From Lepidodermella squamata (taxonomy: Eukaryota; Animalia; Gastrotricha), in NCBI GenBank assembly GCA_047495785.1, contig JBLDXI010000042.1, forward strand, positions 3,224,001 through 3,288,000: a stretch of 64,000 nt of DNA, in the 5' to 3' direction. Position numbers and translations under genes: made by a program. Below, in pieces: positions 25,301-41,261 of this stretch; the stretch's first letter is position 1; each line of letters begins with the position of its first letter. The notes beneath the pieces were generated by a model, which saw only the letters and a list, made by a program, of their open reading frames with translations, did no database searches and was not told the origin of the DNA.

Positions 25301-27026
25301 AAATACCTTCATTTCTGTTTTATTTTTTTATTATTATTTTTACTGAAATTCGCGAGCATATCCATTATCTGACAACGGAGGCTGAAATCAGCAGCATGGC
25401 TCACCCGCCTGAGCTTGTTGTTCTATTGTATATATTCAAATTTTCTCACTTTTTGCGAGCGCGTCGCAGAAAAACAGCGCACACGCACATTTAAACGCGA
25501 AATCGCTATGCAACACGCACACAACATAATATTCGGAAATAATACCTATCGCGTTCGATTATTCACCCATTTATTTATTTGTTGTTCTAAAAATTATCCA
25601 ATAACAATGGCACCATTGTTATTTTAAACTGGCCTCACAAATTTTTGTGACAACAGCGATTTTTGCATAAAAGCCTAATTTAAACGTTAGAAAATCGAAC
25701 ATTTTTAGGCACGCAATTTCGTAAAAATTCATCATATTAGCGGAAAATTATTTCACAGAATTTGAAGCTGTAAGTTTTTGCGCCTGGCCATAGTTGTTGC
25801 CAAGTTGAGACTGAAGCAACAATAATGTAACGTGTCATTAAGTCGCAGTGAGTGTTGCACAGTATCGCAAGTTTTTGGCGCCTTGCATTACTCCAGTGCG
25901 CACGCGCTATTCACACCTTAAAAATACGGCGCACTTTTGCTTTCAACATAATTACCTATAAGAAAAGTAATAAAACACATCCGTGTAGCGATTTTTTGCG
26001 CACTGTGGCGTTGCGCTAAAAGCACCAACAATTGCACGGCTTGCAGCGATGAGTCAACACTCGAAGTTCTTCGCTTGTTGAATATATTTCCAGTTCTTTT
26101 ATACTCCCAAATTTTTCGCAAAATCGTAAGAGGAAAATAATTATAAAGGCTGAGATTAATTATACGTTAGAAAAAATATTTTCCCGAATTTTTCGAAATT
26201 TTGCTATAGATTTCAGAGTTTTATTTGTAATTAAGTTGGAGCACTATTAAGCTTGAAAATTCGTGGGACAAGGTAACATTTATCTTGATAAATTTTTATT
26301 ACAGCGGTAGATTTTGTAACGAATAATGAAAATGACTTAATTTTCAACATGATAGTATTAGGAGACCTAATAACATTTTATTTTTCGTTATTGTCATCTT
26401 CATAGAAAGTGAGGAATTTCTTGGTAATATTGCGGCATATTAATTAGGGAACCGTGAAAGACACCTGTTGAACCTGATGAGCGCAGCGATTTCGCAGTCG
26501 CAAGATGTGCGCGAAGCCAGGCCACGCTAAAAGCGCGCGTCTGCCCCTAATAATAAGGTAATAAGTTACATATATTTTAGGCGAAATAACGTCGGCATGG
26601 AAGCCGCTCTTTACATACCCGCATCTAGTATTTTTAACCGCGGTTGATATCCCCTGGAGCAGATAGTTGTCATAAGCCAGCTGTAGGTAACAAGAATTAC
26701 ATGTTGTAGCACAGAACGAGCGGATGGTACATAGTAGGTATGTATATGCAGTCTGCAGCGGCGCCTGTGTATACTTCTTTCTATCTGGCATGTGTTAAAT
26801 TTAGTCACCGCCAAGCCATCCGCCGGCAACAATGGTGTCCAATTTGATTGCATGTGCTAATAACTGTCATAAATTATCTCAAGTTTCTTGTCATCTACAT
26901 TCTACACACCTCACCCATCTCCGCCTTAATTTAAATAGTCTTAATTAATCATTATTTATATATAGACTGAAGCTAGGTGTTAAATTTTTCAAAAATTAAA
27001 TTATCACGGCTTTTGAAAAATTGCCG

Positions 27027-28488
27027 ATGATTTTTTTCGTTGTCGGCTTTCTGGTGATAAGCATCGCCTCGCCGCCGCTGGGCGTCATGGCTGCTCGGGT
27101 CATGCGAGACGGTGAGAATAATTTCATTGAAGTCAATAATCAACGCGCGAGTACCCGAGGGCCGTCGATAGCGGCCAACAATAATAACAGCCAAGGCAGG
27201 GCGCGGCGAACCACATCTGTTCCATCAAATAAAAAAGTTTGTCATTCTTTACATTGAATTCTCAAAAATTTCAAATTTCAAATTAATTAATTTTTGAACT
27301 TTAATTTTCCTAATTTTTTTTAGGAATATTTTTTTATTTTTTTTATTATTAATGGAATTTATTTGTGATTTTTTTCCCAATAGGTCAATAGAGAATTTTC
27401 GTTCGAAGGTCATCAATCAGCCACCGCTCAACCTGATTCCGAGGCCGATTATACCCTAGCGCCGAATTATTTCAACGTAATTACATCCTCACCCCAATCG
27501 AATCGGCAACAATGGCGGAGAAGTCGGCGAACGCCGATGCCGCCGACAACGCCGCCAGTGACAGCTGAATCATCAGCGGAATCTTCGTTTTCGCGGCCTC
27601 AACGGCGGCGGAATAAAGTCGACCTGGAGCTGACAATAAACGACAACGTGCCTGATGGTAGAAATAGCGCCAATGACCTTCAACACTCGCCTAGTCAACA
27701 AAAAACATCAATCAGTCGAACTAAACAGGCTATTGGCATCAATTCATCATCGAACGATAATAACGGCGAAGCTAAATGGGAGATTCCGAATAACATGCAC
27801 GTGACTGAATTCAGCCGGCGGATGTGCGCTCTAGAAAGTGAGATATTTTATTCAAAATTAAATTTATTCAAAAAATCTAAAAAAAATTAACACTAATTTA
27901 TTTGGGACATTGCTATAATTATAGTTGCGACTAACTCTCGGTCCGGTGAGTTTGGTGCAAAAGGGAAATTTTTCAGTAAGCTTGCGGTTCGATCGGCAAA
28001 GTTTACCGCACTTTTTTTTCGCTGAATTGAAAGATTCCTATCCCGCATGGCTGAACCCAATTACCTTTCCCAATCGCTTCCAAGTTTTCATACTTTACCG
28101 CTTCGACTTTTATTTTTATGGATTAATTAATTTGAATTTCTCGCATCAGATTTTCGGCCGAGATCTGCTGCAAATGGTCGACTGGTTCAGTGTGAAATGC
28201 CGCCGCCTCGAGTTGAATTTGCGACCATGGCCTATCAGGAAACAGCCTGCGGCTACATTGCCAACTACACGTGCCAGTGTGGTTACGTAATAGTTGGCTA
28301 TTCTCAAATCATGTGCCGAACTGGCGAGGGCATCTGGACAACCCCACCTGTTTGCATCCCTATAAGTTCGCAATTAGGTTCAGTATTTTTTCAAATTTTT
28401 CAAAAATTCTGATTTTAAAGGAACTGGTCAGTCGGGAGCTAACGGATGCAGACCACAGACACCTCCAACTCCGGGTAAATTTAGATAA
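27027..28488 (+). CDS. Secreted protein with a low-complexity N-region and one sushi/CCP domain (3' end uncertain)
   Basis: Signal peptide MIFFVVGFLVISIASPPLGVMA; spliced exon VQCEMPPPRVEFATM...YIANYTCQCGYVIVGYSQIMCRTGEGIWTTPPVC has the CCP C..C..C..W..P.C pattern. Confidence 0.7.
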
Positions 28489-31425
28489 TATTGTCTATTA
28501 TCTTTAACAAAGACTTATTTCATGAAAACTTTCGCGCTTTTTGAAATTTTATTAACTTATTATTAGCTAAAAACGTTTTCAAGTATCAGGCCACGCTTCC
28601 GGGACACGTCGGCTTGTTTCGAGGTGTCCGAGCTGTGAGCGCGCTTTCTGATATTGGCACTAGCTATACTATACTTAGCTAATTGTTTCTGCGGAAAGAC
28701 GCGCACTTGACTTCCAACCAACCATCTCAACTTGCGATAATTTAACAATTATTTTTTAAATAACCAGACAAGCCGCCGCGCGCGAGCCTATTGTTTCTTA
28801 AATACGATAAGTATACGTGGCGTTATATTATCATTTTCGCGCTATGGTTCTTCACAGATAGATACTGGCTCAGGTCAGAATGTTGGAAACGCACCCGCGC
28901 GCTCACCATCATCGTGTCAAAAAAAGTAAAGAATTATGGTGACGCACGAATTTCGGCCATTGCGCGCGCCACAGGTTCATTATGGCCAGTAATCTTTCTC
29001 GATGTTACTTAATTGGTCGATGAACTATCTTGCAGCAACATCTTTTCTGTTATCGTCGAAATAATCTGCATTTTTTCAAATTTTTCGCTCCTTAAAAGCA
29101 CTTGAAACGTGCAGCAATTTTACGCGCTTTTGACCTTTTTAAGCCTCGGTGGCGCGAGCAGGTGTGATGATCATTTCTCATCTGAAGTGCCCATTTATGC
29201 TATCGTGAATGGTGCTGGAATTAATGCGGCCGAAAGCCTCTCAAATGGCCTGACTTTATTCGGCCGGTTTTTTTCATCTTCACCCCTTCAATACCATTAC
29301 GCCTTAATTTATTTTCAGGAATTAGCAATTCGGGGTTCAAATAGGAATAACTTGTTGATATCGTTGTTTCTATGGGATACGTTCTCTCTCACCACATTAA
29401 TTGGAATTTTTCTGTACTAAACCATGCTCCTATTGGCTTTGAACGTGAATTTCTCTGATATATTATCCTTCTTTCAAATGACACCAGAAAAAAACTGGTC
29501 CGCCTCGACATCTTCCGGGGCTCTATGTTTCAAAATTTCTAAAAAGCGGTAATTTCTGCTGAATAGATTAACGCCGCATCGAATTTAGTTGAGCGTCTGT
29601 GTTTAGAGCAATTATTTTTTAAACGAGAACATTTCTTAGGTTGTCGGAAAGAATTTTTTGCCTTCTATAACTTTCTCATACACTTTGTTTATTTTTTTCT
29701 GGGCATTTTAATAACGTGCAAAACTAATTAAACTGCAACCCAGCGGCACAAGCCCATTAGTTCATCTTCTCCATTTTTTCTCACTTTTTGGCTGTAGGTA
29801 ATAGATAAAATTGATTGTATTTTTGAAACTCGATAGAACAGCACTGAGCTGCGTTACTTTTTTTACTTTTTTCCTTTGACCTCATCTAAATATTCACACC
29901 AGGTCGTGAATTACGCAATCAAGTCTTTCGCGATTTCTGCACGCGATAGCTGTACGCTTTACCGTGGCTAATGCAAAAGCGCGCATTTTTTAAGGCAAAA
30001 AATACTCGAGTTTTCCGTGTTAAAGCCATAAACCAGTTTTTTCACCTTTGGAAGCGCGTTTTGTCCGAAACAAGATTTCTTCATAAATTTTTCTGCTGGA
30101 TCGCAAAATTACACTATTAAGGCGGCTTGTGCGAGAATGAAATGGCTTTTAAACTTTAAATTGGTGGGGCAATCTCGAAGGTTTTAGGTGCTTTTAAATG
30201 ACCTTTGGAAGATAATTTGACAGTGCCAATTATTCAACCTTTTACCACGCACTTAAAACTCGTTTTGCCGTCACGATTTCATAGTTTTTTTCATCACCGT
30301 CCGTTTTGCATCACCATCACTAAGATATCACCGTCCGAAATCTCTTGCGATGACGAATTGTCGTTTTAATATATATTTATACTACCAACAGCATAGAGTG
30401 AAACGATTCTTTGTTGATGCGTGACGCCTTGTCGAGCACCGTTTATTGCCTCGTGCCAGGGAGGCAAGCTTGCGCACGAGGCACTAAGCGTGCACCTGAG
30501 GCAAATGACAAAGCCCCTTGTCATGTAACAGCTAAAATCTGCCGAACAAAACTTCGCTGTGGCATCATTTAAATGACCGGCTAATTTCTCGCGCGCATGT
30601 GCGAAAAAACGGCCAGCCCACGCATCGATGCGCGTTTTTTTATTTGCCTCATATCTACTTAATTTGAAGTCGTTTTTTCACGTGTCGTTCACCCGCTATT
30701 AGAGTTGTTAACACGTCGTGAAACGCGTATCTTTAGCGACCATCACAAGTGCAGTTGATTTTTTATTTGCTAGAAGTTTATATTAACAGTCATTATCTTA
30801 TTAAGTAGCAACTACACGTGTATCATTATTGTAGGAGGGCAATTAACAAATCAAGTTTTACTATTCAGAATTTTCTTTATCACTCGAAAGTTTAATTTCA
30901 GAAATTTTACCGAAAAGAATTTCGCGCTCTAATAATATTAATATTTTTTAAATTGAGCTGTCGCAATTTTTTGTTTAGCTATTTGTTTAAAAATTGCAGC
31001 AAAATTTCATAGGCTGCCTATTAAAAAAACGTCAAATTCCTGTTATCTCAATTATTTATCGTCATATTAATTTTTTTCATATCAGTATAATGAGAATTAG
31101 CGAGAATAATAAGTAAAAACAAATTGCGCGCTCGTAGGTAATTTGCCAACACGCGTTTTCGAGGTTCTTCTTTCGCTTGTGTTATTGTTTTTTACAAGCA
31201 GGGAGCCTTTTCACGCTTCATCGCGCACGGGGTCGGGTGGACGTTGCTAATGCGATGCGCGGCGTTTTCTTACATTAAACCGATACCATTTATCTCGCGT
31301 GTAATCCTTGGTTATTGTCATGGGGTGAACTTTCTGACCGTTTTTCTTTACTCGCTGTCTTTAATTGCGTTCTGTTATTACAATACTTGATAGTCGTTTG
31401 ATTTGTTTGTGCAAATCGATACGAA

Positions 31426-33315
<1,890 letters not shown>

Positions 33316-35364
33316 ACAAAACAAAAAATGCTGATTTGATACGATAATTATAATATAAAAAAATCCGAAAAGAAAAATAATGCTGTTGAAACAGAAGTGC
33401 CTGATGATGTTTTGTTGTGCGCGTTTGGTTTTTTGTACAAAAATAATGTGACGAAAAAATCAGAGAGCTATTTTGTTTTCCGGTTTTAAATATGATCGAT
33501 ATGGAGACGAGAGGTACAAATTTACTGTTTTAGTAGATATGTGCGTTCTGTTGTTGTCGTTGTTTTTCCACTCATGTCGTGTTTCGAGCCGATTCTCAGC
33601 CTTCTTCATCGCTGTAGAAAATTCAAAATAAATCAGGCCGAATTTTGAAAATGATTATTGTAGTATATTGTAAATTTTAATTCTATACGAAATTGTGCCG
33701 CGTTTTTTTTTGCTCTCGTCGTGTCTTGTACCTTGTATGAAGAAAAATATTTCGCCAATTCAATAAAAAAAGGTTCGAAACAAAACGCAGGTGTGTTTTT
33801 ACAGTCTGAGAAATAACTTTATTATTGCTATATTCATCAGTTTGTAAATAATTATTTTACATGCAACATTGCCGTCTGCGATCGAATCGTAAAATTGTGA
33901 CGCAAATGCACAATAGCATGACGGTTTTTTTACATTATATTTTTCATCGTCATCTCGAAAAGAAAAGTTTTCGCCTCTACTCACCAGCCACACTACTCGC
34001 CTCGTCATCTCTCGAAGATATTGGAGCAAAACAAGAAGAAGAAAATAAGGATATGGTCAACATTTTCCAAATCATTTATATTATCATTGCAATAGGCGAG
34101 ATAGGTAAAGAGACAGTAAATAGGGCGTGAAGGTACCCGAAACCGCAGAGTAAAGCTCGAATATTCAGCTTTTTGAAGCAGTGCTTTAAATATTTTTTCA
34201 TTATATTTGAATAATTAAGAGTCCCAAAATCACCACAGTATTTTTTGCGATATTTTACAAATATAATAATTATAATTTTCTCAAGGTAGAGCCAAGACCC
34301 CTTTCATGTGAATGCACAATTTTGCAGTCATTATCCAGTGATCCAGTAAAATCAAACGTCAGCATTCATATATGTTTGTTTTCATCATCAAATCGAAGAG
34401 CACAACCAAATTATTTGTGTGATTAAACAAAGTTAAACGCGTTAACAATCGCGGTCGTTTGAGACGAAAAAACTGAAGAAGAAGAGGAGAAAAACCACAG
34501 TAGCTGGTCGATTTTTTGAATAATAATAATCAAGCAGAGCCGGAGAAAAACAACGCGTTCAATGCTCAGCAGTGTATAATAACAAAAATTGGTCGTGATT
34601 CTTCCGGGTTTTTAATAATAATTGTTATTATCGACATGCATAGATGTGACACGAGAGAGGAACGAACGGAAAGAAAAATTGCCATAGATCCCTGTCTTAT
34701 AACTTGGTATAGGGTTAACTCGCTCATTATTCAACACAACAAGCCACTCGAGGTTCGGTCTCAGCGACACTAGTCTACGGTTATACGAGGTATTGTTGGA
34801 AGCCGCTTCAGTAAAATTCAGGTTTGTGTTTTTAGACCGAGTTTCAGCGAATATTTTCACGTGTGATATCACATCGATCGAAATCTAAAGATTAGAGCAA
34901 AACAGAAAAAAGCGAAAAAGTTGTGCGAGCCTAATACTTTATTATTACATAATCCGGATTTTTCACCGCAAACCCAATCGACGGCTTGAAATGAAAGAAA
35001 ACTTCGCGTGTTGCTCTTCATATCGAGGAAAGTAGCATCAGGAGTTGACATTTTTATATCATCATAACCCACTATTTTTTCGTCAGCAGTTTTTTATGGT
35101 TAGTGATACAATAATAATCATAATAACAATAAGAATAATTAGGTCCGCCATGCGACGATAACCATGAACAAACAAACAACGATACTTTCCCGTCTCATTC
35201 GGTGCGGTTAACATGCGGGCCGATTGCGTGATATAATCAAGTTACTTTTTTTCATCCCATCACTGATTGGTAGCTCACTCTCAGATAAATTAATTTTTTC
35301 AATAGCTTAGTTATTTCTCCAAGTGGAATGTTTTGCTAATTCTGTTGAACATTCAGTTTCGTGT

Positions 35365-38300
35365 TCAGTTGAGACGGCCCCAGCTGGCACCACCGTTCGC
35401 TTGCTGGTTGCTGCCGGGCAAAAAGGCGGGGAAGTCGTGCGAGCTGCCGAGATCCGGGGCGTTCTTCAAATCACCGCCCTGGCGACCACCGGCCGACCAC
35501 GGAGCGTCCTTGAGAACGTAACCGGCCTGGTTGCCTTTCTTGCCCTTCTTTTCCGGGCTGGCGGGCTTGTCCTCGGGGCTCTCGCCGTTAGGCAGCTGGA
35601 AGTGCGGATGGCTGCGACCGGAGGCACCTCGGCGCGAGTTCTCCTCACTGCCGCTCTCGATTTTCTTAGTAGGCATGTCCAGCAAGGCATCTTCCTGAAG
35701 AACTTCCAAATGATTGCGGCACAACTGAAAAAATAAAGAAGATATTTAAAAAAATCCAGCTTAAAATTGTTGAATTCTCCGCATTTTTCTGACTGTGCTA
35801 CTTCAAATGCAACTCTTTATATTTTAACGCCTTTTTGCATGGGGATAGGAATGCTTTGAACTACTTAGCTGGTCCGACCCAACAGGAGATTAGTAGTAAA
35901 TGCTAGAGCAATATAAAATTTTCCATAAACACGATTAAAAAATAAAAATAAATATTTCAGAACAAATCTTTAAATTTAAAAAATCCAGCTTAAATTTTTT
36001 TAATTTATCGTTTTTCCGGGATTTTTCATTAATTTGTCCACCTCATTGAAGAGGAAATAAAAAACCAATTTGAACCTTCAAAATGATGTGCAGAGCTGCC
36101 CATATTACAATAAATCTACGAGTATTGGCTGATCTTAGAAACTTACATAAATATCATCTTCAGGGCCAACGATTTGAACGTTGACGGTTTCATCGCCGTC
36201 CTTATCGCCCTGCGGGACGATGATTTCGACCTTGAACTGGTCCATGATCTCCTGGATCTTGCGACCACGTGGTCCGAGAAGGCGCGGGATGAAGCGGCGG
36301 TCGATGGGCATTTCGAGCACGAATTGCGAATCAATCGGGCCGACGATGCGGTCGATTTCAGCCTTGGCCTCGTGGCACTTCGCCTCGTAGCCAGTGATGA
36401 CGATTTCATCCTCAGCCTGGCCTTCGCGAGGGAACTTCAGGTAGACGTCGAACTTTTTCATGATCTGGTTAGCCAGGGCGAAGCCGCGGCTGATGAGTTT
36501 GCGCTGCAGAAGCGGGTTGACGTGGATCGGCAGTTTGAAACTGCGAAGGACACGATCCTCCTTATCGGCATCGAACTGGCGAACGCGTTCATTCAGCGCC
36601 TCGATCGCGGCTTCGACGGCAACCTGGGAGCCAGTGACCTTGACGGTATCGCTCTTCAGGCTCGAGTCAGGGAATGAGACATTGACGTCGTATTTATCCA
36701 TGATTTCACGAATCGAGACACCCTTCTGGCCGATGAGGGAGCGGTGGTACTCGTGGCTGATGTTCAGTTCCTCCGAGACTGGGATCAGGGCGAGGAGGGC
36801 GTCGCGGGCAGCGTTGCAAGATTCGTCCAGGCCGACGATGGTGACAGTCATCATAGCCTCGACACCCGGCTCGGCGGCGACTGGCGAGTGGTCGGCGCTG
36901 TTTTCATTGACAGCGGTCTCAACACCCTCGGTCGTGGTGGTCAGCGAGCTGTCGTCAGGGCTGGAGGTTTCGCGAGACGGGTGCTCCTTATCCTCAGCAA
37001 CAACAGCCTTGTCACCCCAGGCGCTCTTAACCGCTTCCTCCGCCTTCGGTCCACGGCGGCGCGAGTTGCCATTCGCGTTCTTACCGTCAGTCTGAGATGG
37101 CGGGAAGGTGATATTGACGTCGAATTCTTTCATAATGTTGAAAATCTTAGCGCCGTCTCGGCCCAGAAGCGAACGGCGGTGCTTCGCCGCGATTTGAACC
37201 TCGACAGTCACGACCTTCTTCATCTTCTCGACCTCCTCCAACATACGTTTAGCGGCCTCGGCGACACAGTCCTTCGGGCCCTTGATCGAAACCTCGCTGG
37301 AATCAGTGCCTTGACGCGGGAAGCTGATAGCGACACCGCCGCATTCAGACGCAATCATGTTAACCAGCATACCCTTTCGAGACACGAAATGCTTGTGGTA
37401 GATCGGGTCGATATTGATAGTCTGTTCCTTGGTCTCTTCCAAATGCTTAACCTGGGCGTCGATCAACTTGCGCGCCTTCTTCACCTCAGCCTCACGGCCG
37501 ATGATGACGACAATCTCGGCGTCTTCACCAGTCGCGTCTGAGTCGGGGAAAACGACACGGGCTTTCGTTTCTTCGTAGATCTGGCGAACCTTAGCGCCCT
37601 TCTTGCCGATCAGGTAGCGGTGGAATTCAGGCTTGATGCGAACTTCCTCGGAGAAACTCGTCTCTTTGACGTCATTCGCGCGTTCGGTCAGCATTTTGCG
37701 CGCGATTTCGACCTCCTCCTTCGGGCCGATGATCGTGATTTTGTCCGAGCCCTTGTCCTTCTCGCCCGGGAAGCGGATGATGACGTTCTCGCACTCCTGC
37801 TGGATAGCGTGGACGCCGGCGCCGCGGGGTCCAATCAGCGCCTCGTGGAACTTGTGCGGGATTTCGACGTGAGTTTCGGTGATGTTTTCGAAGGTGCGTT
37901 GCATTTCTTCGATGAGAATAATCGCCTTCTCGACGTTCTCCTTGCGGCCGCGGACGATGACCTTCTGCGAGTCGGAGTTCGGCGGCGGCAGGTCGATTTC
38001 GACGTGTGTCTGTTCGCGGATCCGAGCGACATTCGCGCCGCCCTTGCCGATTATTCGCTTGTGGAACTGCTTCATAACATTGACAGGCACTTCGTAGTTC
38101 TCTGCCTTCGTGTCTTCGTACATCTTCTGCAGCACCTTGTACGCCTTGTCGACGTCGTTCTTATTGCCACGGATTTCGACAATGTCGCTCTTCTCCTCCT
38201 GCTTCGGGAACGAGATGTAGACATCGGGGAATTGCTTGACCAGCTCGGCCTTCTTCGCGACCAGGAAGCGGTGGTAGCGCTTTTCGATCGTGATCTCCTT

Positions 38301-41261
38301 CGACTTTTCGTTTTCGATGCGGGTGACCACCTCCATCAGCTTCTTGCGCGCGACCTCCACCTGTTGCACGTCGCCCTCGATGCGGATGATGTCGCTCTGT
38401 TTCTCGGCCTTTTCGTCCGGGAACATGATGTTAACGCCAGTCTCGCTGCGCAGCTGCGTGATTTGCTTGCCACCAGCTCCGATCAAGTGACGGAAATATT
38501 TCGGGTTAACCTGAAAGAAACCGAATACAATTAATTTAGATGTCCAATCAATCGATTTTTCAAATTATCATTTAATGCCGAATTACAAAAATATTTTACT
38601 GCGAGTCCCATATGATGCGCAATAATTTCTTTTTTGGAAAAAAAATTTAGAAAGTTTAAGAAATTTAAACTATTTTTTTTAAATTAAGCCAACTGGGGAT
38701 CTTTCATCTTTTATCCACGATTTTACCAAAAAATTGAAAGTTTACTAACCCCGATGGTTACTAGATTTGTTTTTACCTGGTTGGTTCAAATTTCTTCAGA
38801 TTTTTTAATACCACTCACAAGAGACATACTTAATTACTATTCTTATGGAATTTTAGATATTCACAGATTTTTCTTGCCACGAGGTGCGACTTACGCATTC
38901 ATTTTAGAGTTTCTTATCCTTTTTCCGTGTATTTGATTTTTTCGAGTTACTGACGGTACATTAACATATTTATTATCATTTATTTATTAATTTAATTAAT
39001 TTTATCATTTTTTTGCAAATTTATCTACTATATTTTCCCATGATTTTTTGTTCGTCTTTTCTTCATCAATATTACACCAAACCCCCAAAACTATGATGGG
39101 TACCGGCAATTTTTCACCTCGGTCTCCTAATATCGATTTCCCCGCCGCGAAAATTGCGGTATGAATCGATTCATACCGGTAACGTGAATTTTTGCGGTGG
39201 GAAAAATGGGGGCAATAATAACGAACCTCACCAAGTTAGATAAAATCTTATAAAACTTATAAAATATGATTTTTCCACAAAAATAAAAATCTTGTTTAGT
39301 ATTTCTATAAAAAAATTACCTTGATCTCGGCGTATTTGAGCCGCTTCAGCAGATCAGCGACTGCCTCACGGAAGACTTTCTCGACCTTATCGACTTCGGG
39401 AGTCGGGCCCTCGAGGGTGATGTGGTCAGCGGTGGTCGCAAAGTCGATGTGAACCTTCGGGTATTCCGCCTTAACCGAATCGATGGTCGGTTTGAGGTAG
39501 CGTTGCAGCCACCCAGGAGCCGCCAATTCGACGCGGTTCGACGAGTCAGCCTTTTGCAGGACCAGCGAAACAGCCTGGCCGATCTTGTCACCTTCACCGA
39601 ACAGGGTGACTTGGTCGCTTTCCGATTCAGGCGGCGGCACTTTGATAGCAACACCGGTCGCCGCGTAAATTTCCTGAATCGAAACACCACGCGGGCCAAT
39701 GATGTACTTGTGCTTTTGTTTCGCAATGGTCAAATTCAGAGTTTTACACGTCTTCTTCTTCGCCTCGTACAGACGCATCAGTTCGTCAGCGACTTTCGCG
39801 ACGGGTTCACGATCTCCGGAAACCGCAATCTCGTCCGGCTTCTCAACCGCCTCGCCAGATTTGCCAACCTTAGGCGGAATGTGGATGCGAACAGTGGAAC
39901 CGTAACGCTCCAACATTTCGTTCAAAGCAGCATTTGACGGCGCCGGGCCGGTCAGCAGTTGGTGGAATTGTTGCGGAATAGCCAAAACTCGACGGTCCGT
40001 CTTCGATTGCTCGTCGACGATCGCCTGGATAGCGCGAGCTGCCTTGTGCAGGCCTTCCTTCGAACCGGTGATTGAGATAGCGTCGTCGTTCGGGTCATTC
40101 TGTCGCGGCAACGTAATGTGCGTTCCAGTTTCTTGTTCAATTTTAGTCAACGTCTTGGCGCCCTTGCCCAGGATGAAGCGGTGGAACTCCTTGGCAACAC
40201 GAACTCGCAGCGAAGCCTGAAAAATTATCAATTCAACATTTATGAATCAGAATTTCCTGGAGTTTTGTTCATTTCTACGTTAAATTGTTATCCCTTTTCG
40301 TTAGTAATATTATCATCATTCTATTTTCTCACTTCAATTCATCACCGTCGCAACGTGCATAAACAATGCAAACAGTTATACCTGAGATAGCTATCATCAT
40401 GGCTAAACTTTACCCCCGAGTACGCGATGACCCGCGCCAGACGCTTAGCGCATTGCTATGCGCATATACGTATGTGTGTGTGTACATATCAAAACTCGGC
40501 ACATTGGAATGTTGAAAATGAAATGACAACAAAACCTCGCTAACGCTGCCGCGTTCGGTGCAAACAGCAGTCAGGTATGCAATACACACGTCGTGTTGTA
40601 GTGGGCCCTATTAATATTTCAGCAGCGCGCAGTCGATATAATATTACGGCTACCTACTACCACCGCAAGCGCCGCACGCAATTGAATTTGCATAGGTGCC
40701 GCAATAAAAAACATGATAAATTCGCATTAAAAAGAAACACTGCGCGTGCGACCCTAGAGAATTAATATTCCAGACGCAAAGTCAAGGGCGAGATATTTTT
40801 ACCCACCTCTTTAGTCAGCTGCTGGCTGATCATTTGACGAGCCTTGTTCAAGTTTTCCGGGCGGCCATTGATAACCAGGGTCATGCTTTGGTCCTTCGAG
40901 ATACTCACGTCAATTTTTGCGCCTGCATAACACAGCAATAAATAAATAACTCAGAAAACAAGATTGTCCACATACCAGATCGATCCTGAATTTCGCGAAC
41001 AGCAGTGTACAACCTCTCGTTTTGGTGATCATCGTACTTGCGTTCTTCGACGGCGATTTTCATGATCTCGGTTTTCGTGTTTCCGGTAGTCGGGCGAGGA
41101 GCCGGTCGAGTAGCAGTCAGTTTCAGTCCGCCGTTTGATGAGCCACCCAGGCTAGGGAAAGCTTCATTGTACGTTTCGTGAGAGCCGTGCTGCTGCTCCT
41201 CGGGCATCGTCGATGGTCCGCCGATATGACCCGGTGGTATATGATTAGCAAAAAGCGCCAT
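35365..41261 (-). CDS. HDLBP: Vigilin (multi-KH-domain RNA-binding protein), 5 coding exons
   Basis: N-terminal YNEAFPSL motif; many KH GxxG repeats (HRFILGKGAK, HKYIIGPRG, HKRIIGKGGAN, HRYLIGKKGAK, HRSLIGQKG); C-terminal GYVLKDAPWS...APDLGSSHDFP...WG. Confidence 0.93.
39141..39201. repeat. Nested palindrome / inverted repeat in a vigilin intron
   Basis: Perfect 22-bp palindrome cggtatgaatcgattcataccg (39157-39178) inside an imperfect 15-bp IR (39141-39155 / 39187-39201). Confidence 0.8.

Noticed and set aside
22450-27000. 4.5-kb gap with short ORFs, one weakly resembling the glutaminase GDVSALRR segment (~24700, minus strand)
   Set aside because: Similarity is too short to distinguish from chance, and no gene model could be assembled
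36174-38534. Long plus-strand ORFs (167-304 aa) over vigilin, and similar antisense ORFs over the histones and glutaminases
   Set aside because: Shadow ORFs produced by GC3-rich codon bias of the real genes on the opposite strand
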